Assembly: GCA_964016885.1 (NCBI GenBank)
Contig: OZ024745.1
Location: 13,578,001-13,642,000, forward strand
Direction of reading: 5' to 3'
DNA length: 64,000 nucleotides
From: Eledone cirrhosa
Taxonomy: Eukaryota
Below, piece by piece: positions 26,569-40,659 of the stretch (positions are counted from its first letter, which is position 1; each line of letters begins with the position of its first letter). The notes beneath the pieces are model-generated. The model searched no databases, had not been told where the DNA came from, and was given only the letters and a program-made list of their open reading frames with translations. The position numbers were made by a program, and so were the translations under genes.

Positions 26569-27178
26569 TCAGGTCACCAGTTGGTGCTACTGGTAACATG
26601 TATCCGAGTATAACCTGTCCCATGGTCGGGTCGTTGGCGACTAAACTGGCAACCCCACCAAGGTTTCTTGGTGAGGAGGGTGACTTTGGACATCCTGCAG
26701 GACTAAAAACAAAACCTGTCAAAGGGCAAAGGAGCTCGTAAGTGTCAATGGCCATCCTAAATCACCGGGAGAGATGACCCCTTAGCCTTTGTCAAGGCAG
26801 AATTCTAGGAGAAGGAAAACTCTGATATAACACCTGCAACCCTGATGATATCCAATGATGTTGACTTGTTCTTCTTTTTGGTAAATATCATCTTGGTTAA
26901 GAGAGTGGGACTGGCTTTGTGCAGTGCCTTTGCTCACTATAAAAGCTTCACGGCACAGGCATTGCTTTATATCTGGAGATCTCTCTGCACTTGTCGTCAC
27001 ATGGTACCATGGGCCCAGCACTATGTGTCAATAATTGTCACAAATGTAGTGTTTGTACCAGAGTTTTCAAGTCGCTGGCTGGACTAAAAAGTCACACTCG
27101 TTCAGCGCATCGGTAGGGGTTCTCCTACATGGATATAAAGTAGTGGCCGTACTCGAAAACGAGTTGGCAGCCACCATG
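26569..27178 (+). mobile_element. ~610-bp non-autonomous RTE-related element with (TATG)n tail
   Basis: Inverted copy of 12434-13042, flanked by (TATG)n on both sides. Confidence 0.85.
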
Positions 27179-27238
27179 TATGTATGTATGTATGTATGTA
27201 TGTATGTATGTATGTATGTATGTATGTATGTATGTATA

Positions 27239-27380
27239 CATTTGACACCGTTAATCGGAAGGCTTTGTGGGTTATTTTGGAGAGATTGGCTGTCCTGAAA
27301 AGTTTGTGAACATTCTGAAACTCTTGTGTCTGAGTGTCGGAGAATTGAGAGTATCATCCACCAACGGCGTTTGCCATGTA
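27239..27380 (+). mobile_element. Mosaic of two internal RTE segments
   Basis: 27239-27324 matches the reverse complement of 14582-14668; 27331-27380 matches the reverse complement of 13751-13800. Confidence 0.85.
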
Positions 27381-27404
27381 TGTATGTATGAATGTATATA
27401 TATC

Positions 27405-27900
27405 ATCGCTACTGGTAACATGTATATATATCAGCGCTACTGGTAACATGTAATCTAGTACAACCTGTGCATAGTCGGGTCTTCAGCGACTAAACCAAGC
27501 TTGCTTGATGAGGAGGGAGATATTGGACACCCTGCAGGATGAAAAACAAAACCCGTCAAAGGGCGGAGGAGTGTCAACGGCCATCCAATACAGCTTTTTG
27601 TGAATGCGTGTAGCGAAAGACCCCTAGTCTTCATTAAGACATCTTTCTAGAAGGTCACTCTGATATAAAACCTGCAACATTGTTTGCGTCCAATGATGTA
27701 GGCCAGTTCTTTTTGGGTAAATGTTTTCGATGTTCAGAGAGTGGGATTGGGCCGTGCAAAGCCTTTCCTCACTTAAAAAAGCTTCAAGCACAGGCATCTC
27801 TTGATATGTGACATTTTTTGCGATGCAAGCTATTGGCTGGCCACAGGCAAGACCCTATCGGACTAAAACACCACGCCCTTCATGTTCATGCTTAAGTATC
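27405..27900 (+). mobile_element. Older diverged relative of the 610-bp element
   Basis: Shares gctactggtaacatg, gcgactaaac, tgaggaggg, cctgcagga..aaaaacaaaacc.gtcaaagggc, ctctgatataa.acctgcaac and ggactaaaa. Confidence 0.75.
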
Positions 27901-27941
27901 AAGCGATGGCATTCCTTCCTCGAAATCACGTTGCAGGCACG

Positions 27942-28000
<59 letters not shown>

Positions 28001-28001
<1 letters not shown>

Positions 28002-28335
28002 GTCTAATGGTAGCTAAGATGCTTCCATAGGCGGTATGCCGGTTGAGCACTCTATGCTCCTACGGAGCAGAGTATGATAGAATAGAAAACGAAAAATCAG
28101 TGATGCATCGGAACTCAATTTATTACGAATTACAATTGTTTCCCCGGCGAACAGCTCGAGGTGCGATTTGTGTGTGGACCGACCTGACTCTAGATTCACA
28201 GGTTCCTCGGACACGTCTATTGATTTTGGAGCAGATCCTCTTTCTGGGGTTTCTGACCCTACGGGTCTATATCGTCCACCTTCATCCTCTTTGCGCGTCC
28301 TTGGGTTGGTCACTGGTTAGTGACGTCATCATAAT
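28001..28335. mobile_element. Unclassified ~335-bp interspersed repeat (may extend to ~28431)
   Basis: Near-identical inverted copy at 38770-39104. The tgtctaatgg terminus abuts (TA)n in both copies. Confidence 0.85.
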
Positions 28336-28437
28336 TCTGACCACTGGTAGCAGCCCGCTGACCATCAGGGCGTGAGCTGTCACTTACCTACTGTCCCGTC
28401 GGCAAAATTACTGCTGTGTTTGCCAGATCACACTCCC

Positions 28438-28468
<31 letters not shown>

Positions 28469-28923
28469 TGCACAGAGATACGGACAGATATATACAGAGT
28501 AGCTTGTTCACACATCTACGCACAGAAACATACACACATATCCATGTATACACACACACATAAACAGTCACACAAATATACGCATACATGCACACACGCG
28601 TGCGTGTATATACGTACGCATATATACACACACATACACGCACCTGTATATATACATACAGACACACACACACGTACACAATCGTACATATACATACATA
28701 TACATGCACAGATATATATATATACATACACATACATACACACATACGCACATCTGCACATATATATATATATACACACATATATATACACCCACCCACA
28801 CGCACATATACACACATACATCTACTCACATGTGTATATATATATATATATATACACACATATTTACATATTTTTTTCCTCTACATGTGTGCATATATAT
28901 ACACACACAACACATGTACTCTT

Positions 28924-29060
<137 letters not shown>

Positions 29061-29399
29061 CATACATATATTTACACGCGCATAAAAAAATATATAAAAA
29101 ATATATAAGAAAAGCATATAAAGATACACATTGGGCTGTACATGAAAAAATACACCCTGATTTACATGCTGACAGAGTTGTTGCCAACGTAGATTAATCC
29201 ACGTATAGAAACCTCAAGCAAAACTACATATGGGGAGCTCATCGTAGTAATGTAAAGGGTATGCCCAGACCGTATATAGAAAATGTATGCAGAATATAGG
29301 AAAATGTATGCAGATTACATAAAAAGAATATATATCTGAATTATATAAGAAAAGTATATAAAGATACACATTGGAAAAATACATGAGGTGTTACATAAT

Positions 29400-30300
29400 G
29401 GAATGCGTGGCGAATAAGCACACACTACTGAAAAATACACATGCAGGGAGTGCGTGAACAGGCCATAATGGAGCATGTCACTGTGGGTGAGATAGAGTGC
29501 CTTATTGATGTATGGTACGGAAGTTGAGCCACCGTGTCCCGGCTCATGCGATGTCGTTGTCTAGGATGATGTACTGAGTCCGATAAGCAGCATAGGCTGC
29601 GGCGACTTACACCACAGGACATACATAGTCAATAAGGTATGGTGTCTGATCCCTTGGACATGCGCTGCCGCTCGGACCGGCGTCCGCTTCCCCACATGCC
29701 TTTAGTTTGGGCTGTCCGGTTGTGTCCATGCGGAGAATGTGCACATTCTCTGGTGTCTGCACGTCATGATAATCTCCGATTTCAGGTTGATCGCATCATC
29801 CTTCAATCTGACTATCTCCATGGCCTCGGATAGGCATAGCCTACACTTCCAATTTCCAGCCGAATATGCATTTACATGTTGAACGATACTCCAGTTGAGA
29901 TCATACAGGGTGCCGTTGTCTTCCAAGTCCCATATTAGGTTCGCCAGCCTAGTGGAGTGTCTCTCGCTCCGATCCTTGAAAGAGTTTGTGTGATTATACA
30001 TCCTCAATTTAAAGGTCGTGGATGTTGCGCCGATGTAGGTGCGCTTGGTGTTGCGTGTGTTAACCACACATTTATATACTAGGCCCTTCCTTAGACATCT
30101 TCCCTGCAGAGGGCATTGTGTGCTCGCTCTGTAGTTGCATGTTCGATCGTTATGTTGCTCATTTCCAACGCTGGGCCATTGGTCTACCACGGCACTCCCT
30201 CGATTCTCTGGGTGTTGTTCTGTCGGTGCGGTGGTTTCCCCTCCGTCATTCAGTTCCGCCTGGCATTCGATTACAGCGTCTTATTATACTTATACCTATA
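29400..30300 (-). mobile_element. Penelope-like element fragment, Naiad-type GIY-YIG endonuclease
   Basis: ORF 29702-30190: CNYR..CPLQGRCL..LVYKC..TYIGAT..FKLRMYNH..SF..STRLA..IW.L..W.I..CRLCLSE..IN.KSE..CRH. Element boundaries are uncertain. Confidence 0.85.
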
Positions 30301-30775
30301 AACTCTAGGCTTAGGCATAATTGTTAGCTGTATCATGCCTCTACTGGCACGTAAATAAACCCCACATGTGTGAATTAATAGTATTTGTTTGGTATTGACG
30401 ATGGCCTGTCGAAATTGTAGACTTCCCGCTAGCACGTAGATAGGGTAGCTACGTTCCTAGAATACTCGGAAAAATTAATTTCCATTTCTTTAGCTGGACG
30501 ATACCACTCGAAACTGGCTGACATGTGGTTAGGAGGTGCTGGCTGGGATTCACAATCGAAGGCTTTAATCTTTACTCTATATCCCACCCTGATATCTTAT
30601 CGAGATTAACCTTTTCATATAAGACTCTCTCTGTAAGTTCATTAAATAATTTTTTTTTTTTTTTTTTTTCCAATTTTCAATTTATTATTTTTTTATTTAA
30701 TTTCATCCTATAACTCGTAACATAAGTTAAAAGTTCCAATTTTCTGTTCACACATTAGACCATACAGACACCATT

Positions 30776-30989
30776 GATTGGCAGCATCGGTAGAGGGTCG
30801 GACGCCATGCTTTGCAGCATAGAGTTACGGCTCTTTATGATCTGAGCTCAAATCCCGCCGAGGTTAACTTTGCCTTTCATCCTTATGGGGGTCGATAAAA
30901 TAAAGTACCAGTCACGCACTGGAGTCGATTTAATCGACTTTCCCCTCCCCCAAATTACTGGCCTTGTGCCTATATAAGAAACCATTATA
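30776..30989 (+). mobile_element. SINE family A
   Basis: Consensus match; almost identical to 43103-43318. Confidence 0.92.
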
Positions 30990-31342
30990 TGCCTTTGTTA
31001 AAATATAGATTCTTTGCAATAACATTTTTCGTGCGTTTTCTAGCTTGACTGTAGTGTGACCCTTACGCTGACTTCTTTCTTTTTTCTTCTTTCTTTCTTC
31101 CCCTTTTTTATTCTTTGACGGAGAGGTGGTAGTACATTATAAGCCTTCGCCCCCTCACCAGATGGTCATTAGCAGATCGAGTAGCCATCACTTTGAGGGC
31201 GACTGGCCGAGGTGAAGGCAGCTAGTTGGTCAGTCGTCCTCGCTGTCTCTTGTCTCTGATTTTTCGGACCCATGGTTTTTACCGTCTCCTATATTTATAT
31301 ACACACACACACACTCTCTCTCACACACACACACACACACAT

Positions 31343-31387
<45 letters not shown>

Positions 31388-33026
31388 AATACCAACGCTG
31401 CACGTTGTTGCCCAGGTGCCGGAAATGTTTAAAATGTCTTTCATTTATTTATTAATTTTCTTGTCAAACTTAAATGACTTAACTTCTAAGAAGTTTTTAC
31501 GAAGTACTTTAGACATAACGATTAACAAACATACATTTACAGTCTCGGTGGCACTTCTTATACTGCGATATATAATTATTTCACTTTGAATGTTGATATA
31601 GTATATTGTTTATTAATGTGGACTGTTGTCTAGAACGTTGATAGAACCTTCTATTTACAGCACCATCTTTTCTATATATTTCATAACTGTATTAATAGAA
31701 TATTCTATCAACAACATACTCTGAAATGTATCTATTTTATTAACTGTATAGTCTTACTTTAGATTAGAAGTTCCGAGAATACTTATAAAGTTTAGTGGAC
31801 TATATTAAATGTTATACAATGTAATCCTTCCCTGTGTCAGTGTTAGGTGATGTAAACGGCTCCTGAGGGTTGGACTACTTCCCCTAAGATGGCTTTTGTA
31901 TCATTAATTTCATTCCTTATGCGAACGTGATAAAACAATGTGAAATTTACAGAGAGGACGCTAAGAAGTCTAAGTGTGATGCATCAATCGGTCGATGTTC
32001 TTCGAGATAAATCAGTTGATTTAAATATATTTCTGTGGAATTACAGAATCAACATTTTGTAGAATGCTTCAGAGATGCAAATATGCTTTCTAGAGGTTAT
32101 TAATCTTAGATGCCATTAATTGGGATTTCCTGCTAGTAATGTTATCGCGATTCAGTTCTTTCAACTTATCTTTTAGATGTCTTTTATACGGTGATATATA
32201 AGTAAAAATCTTAATCCTTCATCATTTATTAATTTCAGCCATTGGCATTAAACACAGGATTTATCTGGGGTTTTTTCACCTTTCTTTTGTTTTGTTTTGA
32301 TCTTTTTTACGAAATAGGTTTCACCATGCCCTGCCATTAACAAATCTAGAGCAAGGTATTAAAAGCTTTCCAGCTCGCATCACATTCAATAATCTAAATT
32401 TACTTGAATTTGGATAGAGAAAAAAATCTCAAAAGATTACAATATTCTTTAATATCGTATGATTTAGCAAATATATTTTTCGATTTTTAAGTAAGATATA
32501 AATACAACTTACCAGTATTTCTATTACTTGAGTGAAATAAAATCTGAAGCAGTCGCTGTAATATGTTTTAGGTCGAAAACATACAGGTCAAATACGTAAT
32601 GTATTTGTATTTCCCTGCTGGTTAGATGGGGAAAATAATTTTAATCTGCTTTAACTTTTGTTAATGTTATGAGAAGCTTTTAAAGGATATTCTGTGTTAA
32701 TATAATAGCAACGATCTTAGTGTTTAGATAATGTTTCTGGAGACATTCAGTACACTTTGATAGTTGTTAGTAGAATTTTACGGTTAAAAAAGGCTGAATA
32801 AGAGAAGGTTTTTCGCTCACAATGCATTTACCCTAGTAAGAAAATCCTGTACAGAAACGGGAAGGAACCATTGAAGCATAAAAATATTCAAATCGAAGTC
32901 GGAGGTGGTCACCGCGATAAAGCGTTCGTCAGGTAACCGAAAGGTTTACAGTGCGTAGCCAACCATCACACTATTCTGTGTACATTACAAGGACTCATAA
33001 ATTGCTCAGTCGTCAAGCTGTAAATG

Positions 33027-33145
33027 GATTTCAGAGAGTTATATTACTCATATCTATTGATTATAGATTTCAGGGAGTTATATGACCCATAGCTATTTAT
33101 TATTGATTTCAGGGAGTTATATAACTCATGTCTATTGATTATTCA
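33027..33145. repeat. ~40-bp tandem repeat, 3 units
   Basis: gatttcag(a/g)gagttatat.ac.cat..ctatt.attat repeated three times. Confidence 0.8.
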
Positions 33146-33831
33146 TTCTATTTAACATCAATTGTAGCACGTAAATTCTGTTGTCCCTGTCATGGAAAAT
33201 ATACATCCAAAATATTTTGTATTTCTGTTGCTATTTTCAGTAGCTTTACAAACATTAGTGACTAGTAAATATCTGTGGTCAGCTTACATAAAACATTGCA
33301 CCCCATCAGCATTTGACAGGAGGTTCAACATCCTTTTGTACAATAACCTATCGGCTACAATAAAGTTTGTCGACTTTACTAAAGTCATTGAACTCATGTG
33401 CAGCAAATAACCCTACTTAGAAAGTGAAGAACAATATGACCGTCTTCGATTACATACCCAACTGCGGAAGCTGTCAAAAGCTACTTCCGGTTTCGTCTTA
33501 GTGTTGAATTTCTCAATGACTTCCCATTTAACCAGTAATTAATTGCAAGAAAATAAATAATTTTTACCTGGCATACATTTCTATATAGTAGATATATCTG
33601 AACATTTTAAGATAAATGCAACTATGAAAATGAGATTTTACCTTATAAGGACAAGTGATAAAAACAACTTTGGCCTCACTGTTAACGTATCTTATGTGTT
33701 TCTCAACATAATTACTCTCACTAAATATATCCAAAATGAAATTTCTCGTAGTAATTGTATATAGCTTGATAAAAGTCACACTTCTCACTTGCAATGTTTT
33801 CATCACATGCTACACATAAAAACTATGTTTT

Positions 33832-34268
33832 CTTAATCCTGTGTGGACTACCTACACCTAAATAAGAGTTTGCAAGTCGGGGAAAGGTTCTTAATCATGT
33901 GTGCCCTACCTACACCTAAACAAACACATGTAAGTCGGGGAAAGATTCTTAGTCCTGTGTGCCCTACCTACACCTAAACAAACACATGTAAGTCGGGGAA
34001 AGATTCTTAGTCCTGTGTGCCCTACCTACACCTAAACAAACACATGTAACTCGGGGAAAGATTCTTAGTCCTGTGTGTCCTACCTACACCTAAACAAACA
34101 CATGTAAGTCGGGGAAAGATTCTTAGTCCTGTGTGCCCTACCTACACCTAAACAAACACATGTAAGTCGGAGAAAGATTCTTAGTCCTGTGTGCCCTACC
34201 TACACCTAAACAAACACATGTAAGTCGGGGAAAGGTTCTTAATCCTGTCTGGACTACCTACACCTAAA
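33832..34268. repeat. 58-bp minisatellite (~7.5 units)
   Basis: Unit cctgtgtgccctacctacacctaaacaaacacatgtaagtcggggaaagattcttagt. Confidence 0.95.
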
Positions 34269-34390
34269 GAAAGGGCTGAAAGTAGGTGAGGAGATAACAG
34301 ACGCTGTAATTGTTGTTCTTGTTCTTTTCCTCCTTATTGTTGCAGCTGTTGTTGTGGTTATTAGTTTTACTGTTGTCTAATTGTTGTTGC

Positions 34391-34434
<44 letters not shown>

Positions 34435-34689
34435 GTTTTGTTGTTGTTGTTGTTACTGTGTAACCTCAGTTCAACCACAATTGTACAGCGCTAATAGTGA
34501 CAGATATTTTCTAACACACACGCGTACATATACACACACACATACATACACACACAAAAGATAAATACCTACACATATACATACATGCATACATACATAC
34601 ATACATACATACATACATACATACATACATACATACATAAACATAGACACACATACATAAACACACGTGCATACACACATGACTAACTG

Positions 34690-34890
34690 CACGAGGGATA
34701 AGTCGCCAAGTTTGGATGGTCTGCCCTAAGAGCTTTATGCTATGCTTACAGGCCAGACTTGTTCGGTGATCTCTTGGCAGACATCTCCTACAACTGGTAG
34801 CAGAACCGGAGCCGAGGAGCGGTGGCATTGGTGACAAAGGACCCGAACAAAGGGGACTATATTGATAAAATAGTTTTAGGCCTATAACTG
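34690..34890 (+). mobile_element. L1/Tx1-like LINE RT N-terminal fragment
   Basis: Manual translation DKSPSLDGLP*ELY...PDLFGDLLADI.YNW...VALVTKDPNKGDYI...FRPIT. Confidence 0.7.
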
Positions 34891-34984
34891 TTCACATAAA
34901 TGGTATGTGAATTGTTTGTGTATCGATGGTCGTGGGGAATGGTACAATGTTTAGGTAACAGTTTCAATCTCTGGTTAAATTTTT

Positions 34985-35194
34985 GGGGCGGTGAATTGGT
35001 AGAATGGTTGATCCGTCGGATGAAATGCCTTACAGTATCTTGTGACGGCTCTTTGTGTCCTGCTTTCAAACTGCACCGAGGTCAACTTTTCCGTTCATCA
35101 ATAAAATAAAGTATTATTAAAGTACTGGGATCGGTATAATAAATTCCTCGCCCCTAATTATAATTGTTGGCCTTGTATCTAAATTAGGAACTAT
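34985..35194 (+). mobile_element. SINE family A, diverged (another head-only copy at 35806-35864)
   Basis: ggcggtgaattggtagaatgg...ccgaggtcaacttt...ataaaataaagta...ggccttgt. Confidence 0.75.
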
Positions 35195-36147
35195 GCTGGC
35201 TAGAGCAGTGCATGGTTGTCAATGTTCCTTGTCATGTTTGATGTTACATTAATGCTAAACATGGGATAAACCATGTTACTTTTCTATTTTTTATGTTTAT
35301 CGTAGTTAGAGTGCGTTATTGTATTACAGTTTGTCATTGAAATTGCTTCTAACTAAGATTCTGTTGAGTGTAGAACATCTTATTGAATTTCCTCATCTGA
35401 TAATAGGTTAGATATAAGCCTATTAATATTATCTGTGATGTATTAGAACAGTGGGCGACTGATTGAGATCATATTTTTGTATATTCCTTAAGTTTTGTGT
35501 TTAGATCTAAGTAATTTTTAGGTGTGTATTTTTTGTGACTTTGAGATTGAATTCTTTCAAAATATTAATTTGTATTTTTCCAAGTTTGCCAATGACATTG
35601 CCATTCATATTATAGTATACGGTTAGCTTATCATCTTTATATAGTCAGTCCTATTCTAGTGGATTTTATAGTTTTCTAATCAATGTAGTATTAGATTTCA
35701 TCCCCGCTTCGTCGTAATACTCAAGTTTATATCCATGTTTCTTAACTAAGATGGAATTATCATAAAATGGTTAATTCTTTGTGTTCATTATTATAGCAAT
35801 ATCAACGGCGGTGGATTGGCAGTATCGGTAGAGAATCAGCCACCATACTTTGCGGCATAGACTTATATAAGTCGTCCATCACCCCCTCTCTCTATGTATA
35901 TGAGTCATCCATCACACATTTATCGTATTTTGAAATTCGTTAGTATGATTATTAAAGGTTACATGTTTATTAAATTAAGTTTATCTGAATTGTTATTTAG
36001 CTTGTCTCTATTTTTGTTATAATAAACATGTCAATTGGATTTCAAAACAACCCTCCCTTCAGCAGTTGAGTACTTTATACATACACAGGCTTATATATAC
36101 ATACATACATATATATACATATATATATATGTGTGTGTGTGTGTGTA

Positions 36148-36237
<90 letters not shown>

Positions 36238-36272
36238 CAATGATATTACTATAAATAACTCATTGTTTATAT

Positions 36273-36334
<62 letters not shown>

Positions 36335-36712
36335 GTATGTATATATATATACGTATGTATATATGCATGCATGCATGTATGTATGTTCTTCTGGTTTTAT
36401 AATTTCACAATTTTTTGTATGTATGTATGTGTTTGTATGTATGTGTGTATGTATGTATGTTTGTATGTATGCACTGAAATAAATCTGATCTGGGAAAAAC
36501 AGGAAATTGTGAGGGCATATGTGTATGTGCGTACATATACATATATGTATATGCACATGTGTGTAACCTTGAAATAACAGTGAAACTATATATATATATA
36601 TATATATTTATTAAAATAACAGAATAAATATTTGCTCTACGGTTCTTATATATTTGATATATTTATCCTTATCGAGCCCTCTTTGGATTTTAGTCTTCAA
36701 ATTTATTATTAT

Positions 36713-36750
<38 letters not shown>

Positions 36751-36930
36751 TAGCTCTAGATTTTCTTAACTATTGGAGCGCTTGCCAGCATTTCTACGAT
36801 TTTGCGTTTCGTTTCGCTTTTTCTACCAGCCGAAATACGATTCTCGCTGAATATATATATATATATATATATATAAACGGAAAAAAATTAAACGATATTT
36901 CATTTCCCACTCTTAGTACGGCTGTTACTT

Positions 36931-37443
36931 AAATATAAGTATGTACACGTACATACATATATGTATGCCGACGTACAGTAGTATGTATATATATATATAC
37001 ATACATGCACACATATATATATGCACGTATGGATTCCCCGAACATTTATTATAATGCTCGGTGTGTTTGTAAACAAACATCCCGTATTAAGCCGTAGTGT
37101 CTAGCAACCACCGTTGCTCGTTTGTTCAACACTGACAAAGGAACGCTGTACTAGTTTCAAGCTTGTTAGCTATCGTCAGCAACGTATACCTTCCTGCCAG
37201 ATTGTTGAACGTATATACTTACCTTATGCATATTAACGGCTGAGTAGCCCAATTTGCATATCGAGTGGGTTAATCGGCCGGGTGCACCGAAAACGGATGT
37301 TTGTTTACAAACACACCGAGCATTATAATAAATGTTCGGTGAATCCATACGTGCATATATATATGTGTGCATGTATGTAATAATATATATATACATACTA
37401 CTGTACGTCGGCATACATATATGTATGTACGTGTACATACTTA

Positions 37444-37448
<5 letters not shown>
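36931..37448. repeat. ~152-bp inverted repeat with ~210-bp spacer
   Basis: 36931-37082 is the reverse complement of 37295-37448, with few differences. Confidence 0.92.
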
Positions 37449-37500
<52 letters not shown>

Positions 37501-37668
37501 CAAAGAAATTGTGGTAAAGAACCAGATGGACCATAACGCACCAGAGTACTCAATACTTAGGGTAGTAAAGTGGGAAATAGGAAAAAGTATGACCCCGACG
37601 GCTTGAAGTATGACGAAACGGCTTGAGTTCTGTCCTCGGGATCATACTTTTTCCTATATATATATATT

Positions 37669-37701
<33 letters not shown>

Positions 37702-37884
37702 TCATTATTATTATTATCATTATTAGTGACTGTTTACTTCGAAGTTTCACGGACAGTGGCTTCTTAAAAGAATATACGTGTGTGTCTGAGTGTATACATA
37801 CATGTGTGTGTGTGTGATTACATACATGTGTGTGTGTGTATACATACATGTGTGTGTGTGTATACATACATGTGTGTGTATACA

Positions 37885-37929
<45 letters not shown>

Positions 37930-38276
37930 GTGTATACATACATGTATGTGTGTCTTTAACCATTTATAGCTTCTATTAAAGGTCAGTCAATCCAATATAT
38001 TATTTGTTGGCATCAAACCAGTTTAGTCGCCATATTTTCTACTAAATGACTGACTGAAATAAACAGTAAAACATTGTTGTTGTTGTGGTTGATAGTAGCA
38101 GTGATATGTGTTGTTGTTGGTGGTGGTGGTGGTGATGTTGTTGATAGTGATGGTGATGTTGTTGTTGGTGGTGATGTTGTTGTTGTTGTTGGTGTTGGTC
38201 ATGGTGAGGATGTCTGATTTGGAAGTTGTTTTCATTATCATTAGAAACAATTATTATTATTATCATTATTATTATA

Positions 38277-38768
38277 AGGGCGGTGAATGGGCAGAGCGTC
38301 ACACACCATGCTCTGCAGCATAGAGTTATTGCCCTTTATGTTCTGAGTTCAAATCCCACCAAGGTTAACTTTGCCTTTCATCCTTACGGGGTCGATAAAA
38401 TAAGTACCAGTAATACACTGGAATAATTGCTGGCCTTGTGCCAAAAGTAGAAACAATTATTGACACAAAGTGAAGTCGTTCTAGCATTTGTCCGACTCTC
38501 GAACGACTTCACTTTGCGTCAATAATTAAAAAGAAATAATTATCGAAACACTGTGAGTGTGGGGAACTGGCAGAGTTGCTTGCCTTGTGCCTAAAGTAGA
38601 AACAGTTATTATTTTAAGGGCAGTAATCGGTAGAGCGTTGGACAACATGCTTTGTGGCATAGAGTTACAGCCCTTTACATTCTGAGCTTAAATCTCTTTC
38701 ACCCTTACGGGGTCGATAAAATAAAGTACCAGTAGCACACTGGGGTCGATCTAATCGACATTCCCCAG
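38277..38768 (+). mobile_element. Cluster of SINE family A copies and fragments
   Basis: Copies at 38277-38460 and ~38560-38768, with a hairpin between them. Confidence 0.85.
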
Positions 38769-38769
38769 T

Positions 38770-39104
38770 ATTATGATGACGTCACTAACCAGTGACCAAC
38801 CCAAGGACGCACAAAGAGGATGAAGGTGGACGATATAGACCCGTAGGGTCAGAAACCCCAGAAAGAGGATCTGCTCCAAAATCAATAGACGTGTCCGAGG
38901 AACCTGTGAATCTAGAGTCAGGTCGGTCCACACACAGATCGCACCTCGAGCTGTTCGCCGGGGAAACAATTGTAATTCGTAATAAATTGAGTTCCGATGC
39001 ATCACTGATTTTTCGTTTTCTATTCTATCACACTCTGCTCCGTAAGAGCATAGAGTGCTCAACCGGCATACCGCCTATGGAAGCATCTTAGCTACCATTA
39101 GACA
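38770..39104. mobile_element. Second copy of the unclassified ~335-bp repeat
   Basis: Reverse complement of 28001-28335. Confidence 0.85.
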
Positions 39105-39137
39105 TACATATATACACACCATTAGACATATATATAT

Positions 39138-39233
<96 letters not shown>

Positions 39234-39429
39234 ATATATATATCAGCCACCCACCACACACACGCTTATGAATGTAAAGACAAGGTGCTACATTTTCATA
39301 TTATCATCACATGGAATGCTTAATCCTGCTTAATTGTGATGATTAATTAATTATTTACAGAAAGACAAATGTATATATGTATACATACATGCACATGTGT
39401 ATGTATATATATATATATACGTATGTATG

Positions 39430-39465
<36 letters not shown>

Positions 39466-39518
39466 CACATATAACCCGGAATAATTTACCTATATAATAT
39501 ATATATATATATACATAC

Positions 39519-39553
<35 letters not shown>

Positions 39554-39645
39554 CATACATACACATGTGCATGTATATATATATATATTATATATATATA
39601 TATACATGCACGTGTTTATGTATATATATATATACACACACATAT

Positions 39646-39714
<69 letters not shown>

Positions 39715-39752
39715 TAAATTATTCCGGGTTGAATATATATATATATATAAAT

Positions 39753-39951
<199 letters not shown>

Positions 39952-40338
39952 CATGTATGTATGCATATGTGGATTCATTTACACCATTAATTAAAATATC
40001 ATTAATTTTAAGATATTTAAACCACGTGGCCACAGCATATGATTAAACTGGTTCTTAAAAGAACCGCCAGGGGGTATCCCTGGTATATATATATTGTCAA
40101 ACGTGATTAGAAATAGCTTATATTTATGCAACCTTTTTTCATAAAAAGAGAAGATGCATGTTGACTCCATTTTTATGTCTTACTTTTTACCTCTATCGCG
40201 GTCTATTTATATGATACACCTTTTTGTGTATGTATATATATATGTATTTATACATATATGTATATCTGTGTGAATGTATGTATGCGTGAATGTATGTATG
40301 TGTATATATGTATATATGTGTGTATTTATGTATTTATG

Positions 40339-40492
<154 letters not shown>

Positions 40493-40659
40493 TACAACCA
40501 CACATATATATATGTATGTGTGTGTGTGTATGCAGATATATATGTGTGTCTGTATTTGTTTAAGTGTTTCGTTTTCTTTTATTTGAATTCTACCTTCAAG
40601 GTAGGAGCTGATTTTAACAAAGAGACACAGTATGTGGATAACAAAAAATGATGAATGTA

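Noticed and set aside
30392-30425. ttgacga-tggcctgtc-gaaa-ttgta HHR-like string beside the Naiad fragment
   Set aside because: Core mismatch, implausible 2-nt loop and no stem I; too degenerate to call.
31400-33800. AT-rich unique region with short ORFs
   Set aside because: No recognisable motif or convincing exon; treated as intronic or intergenic.
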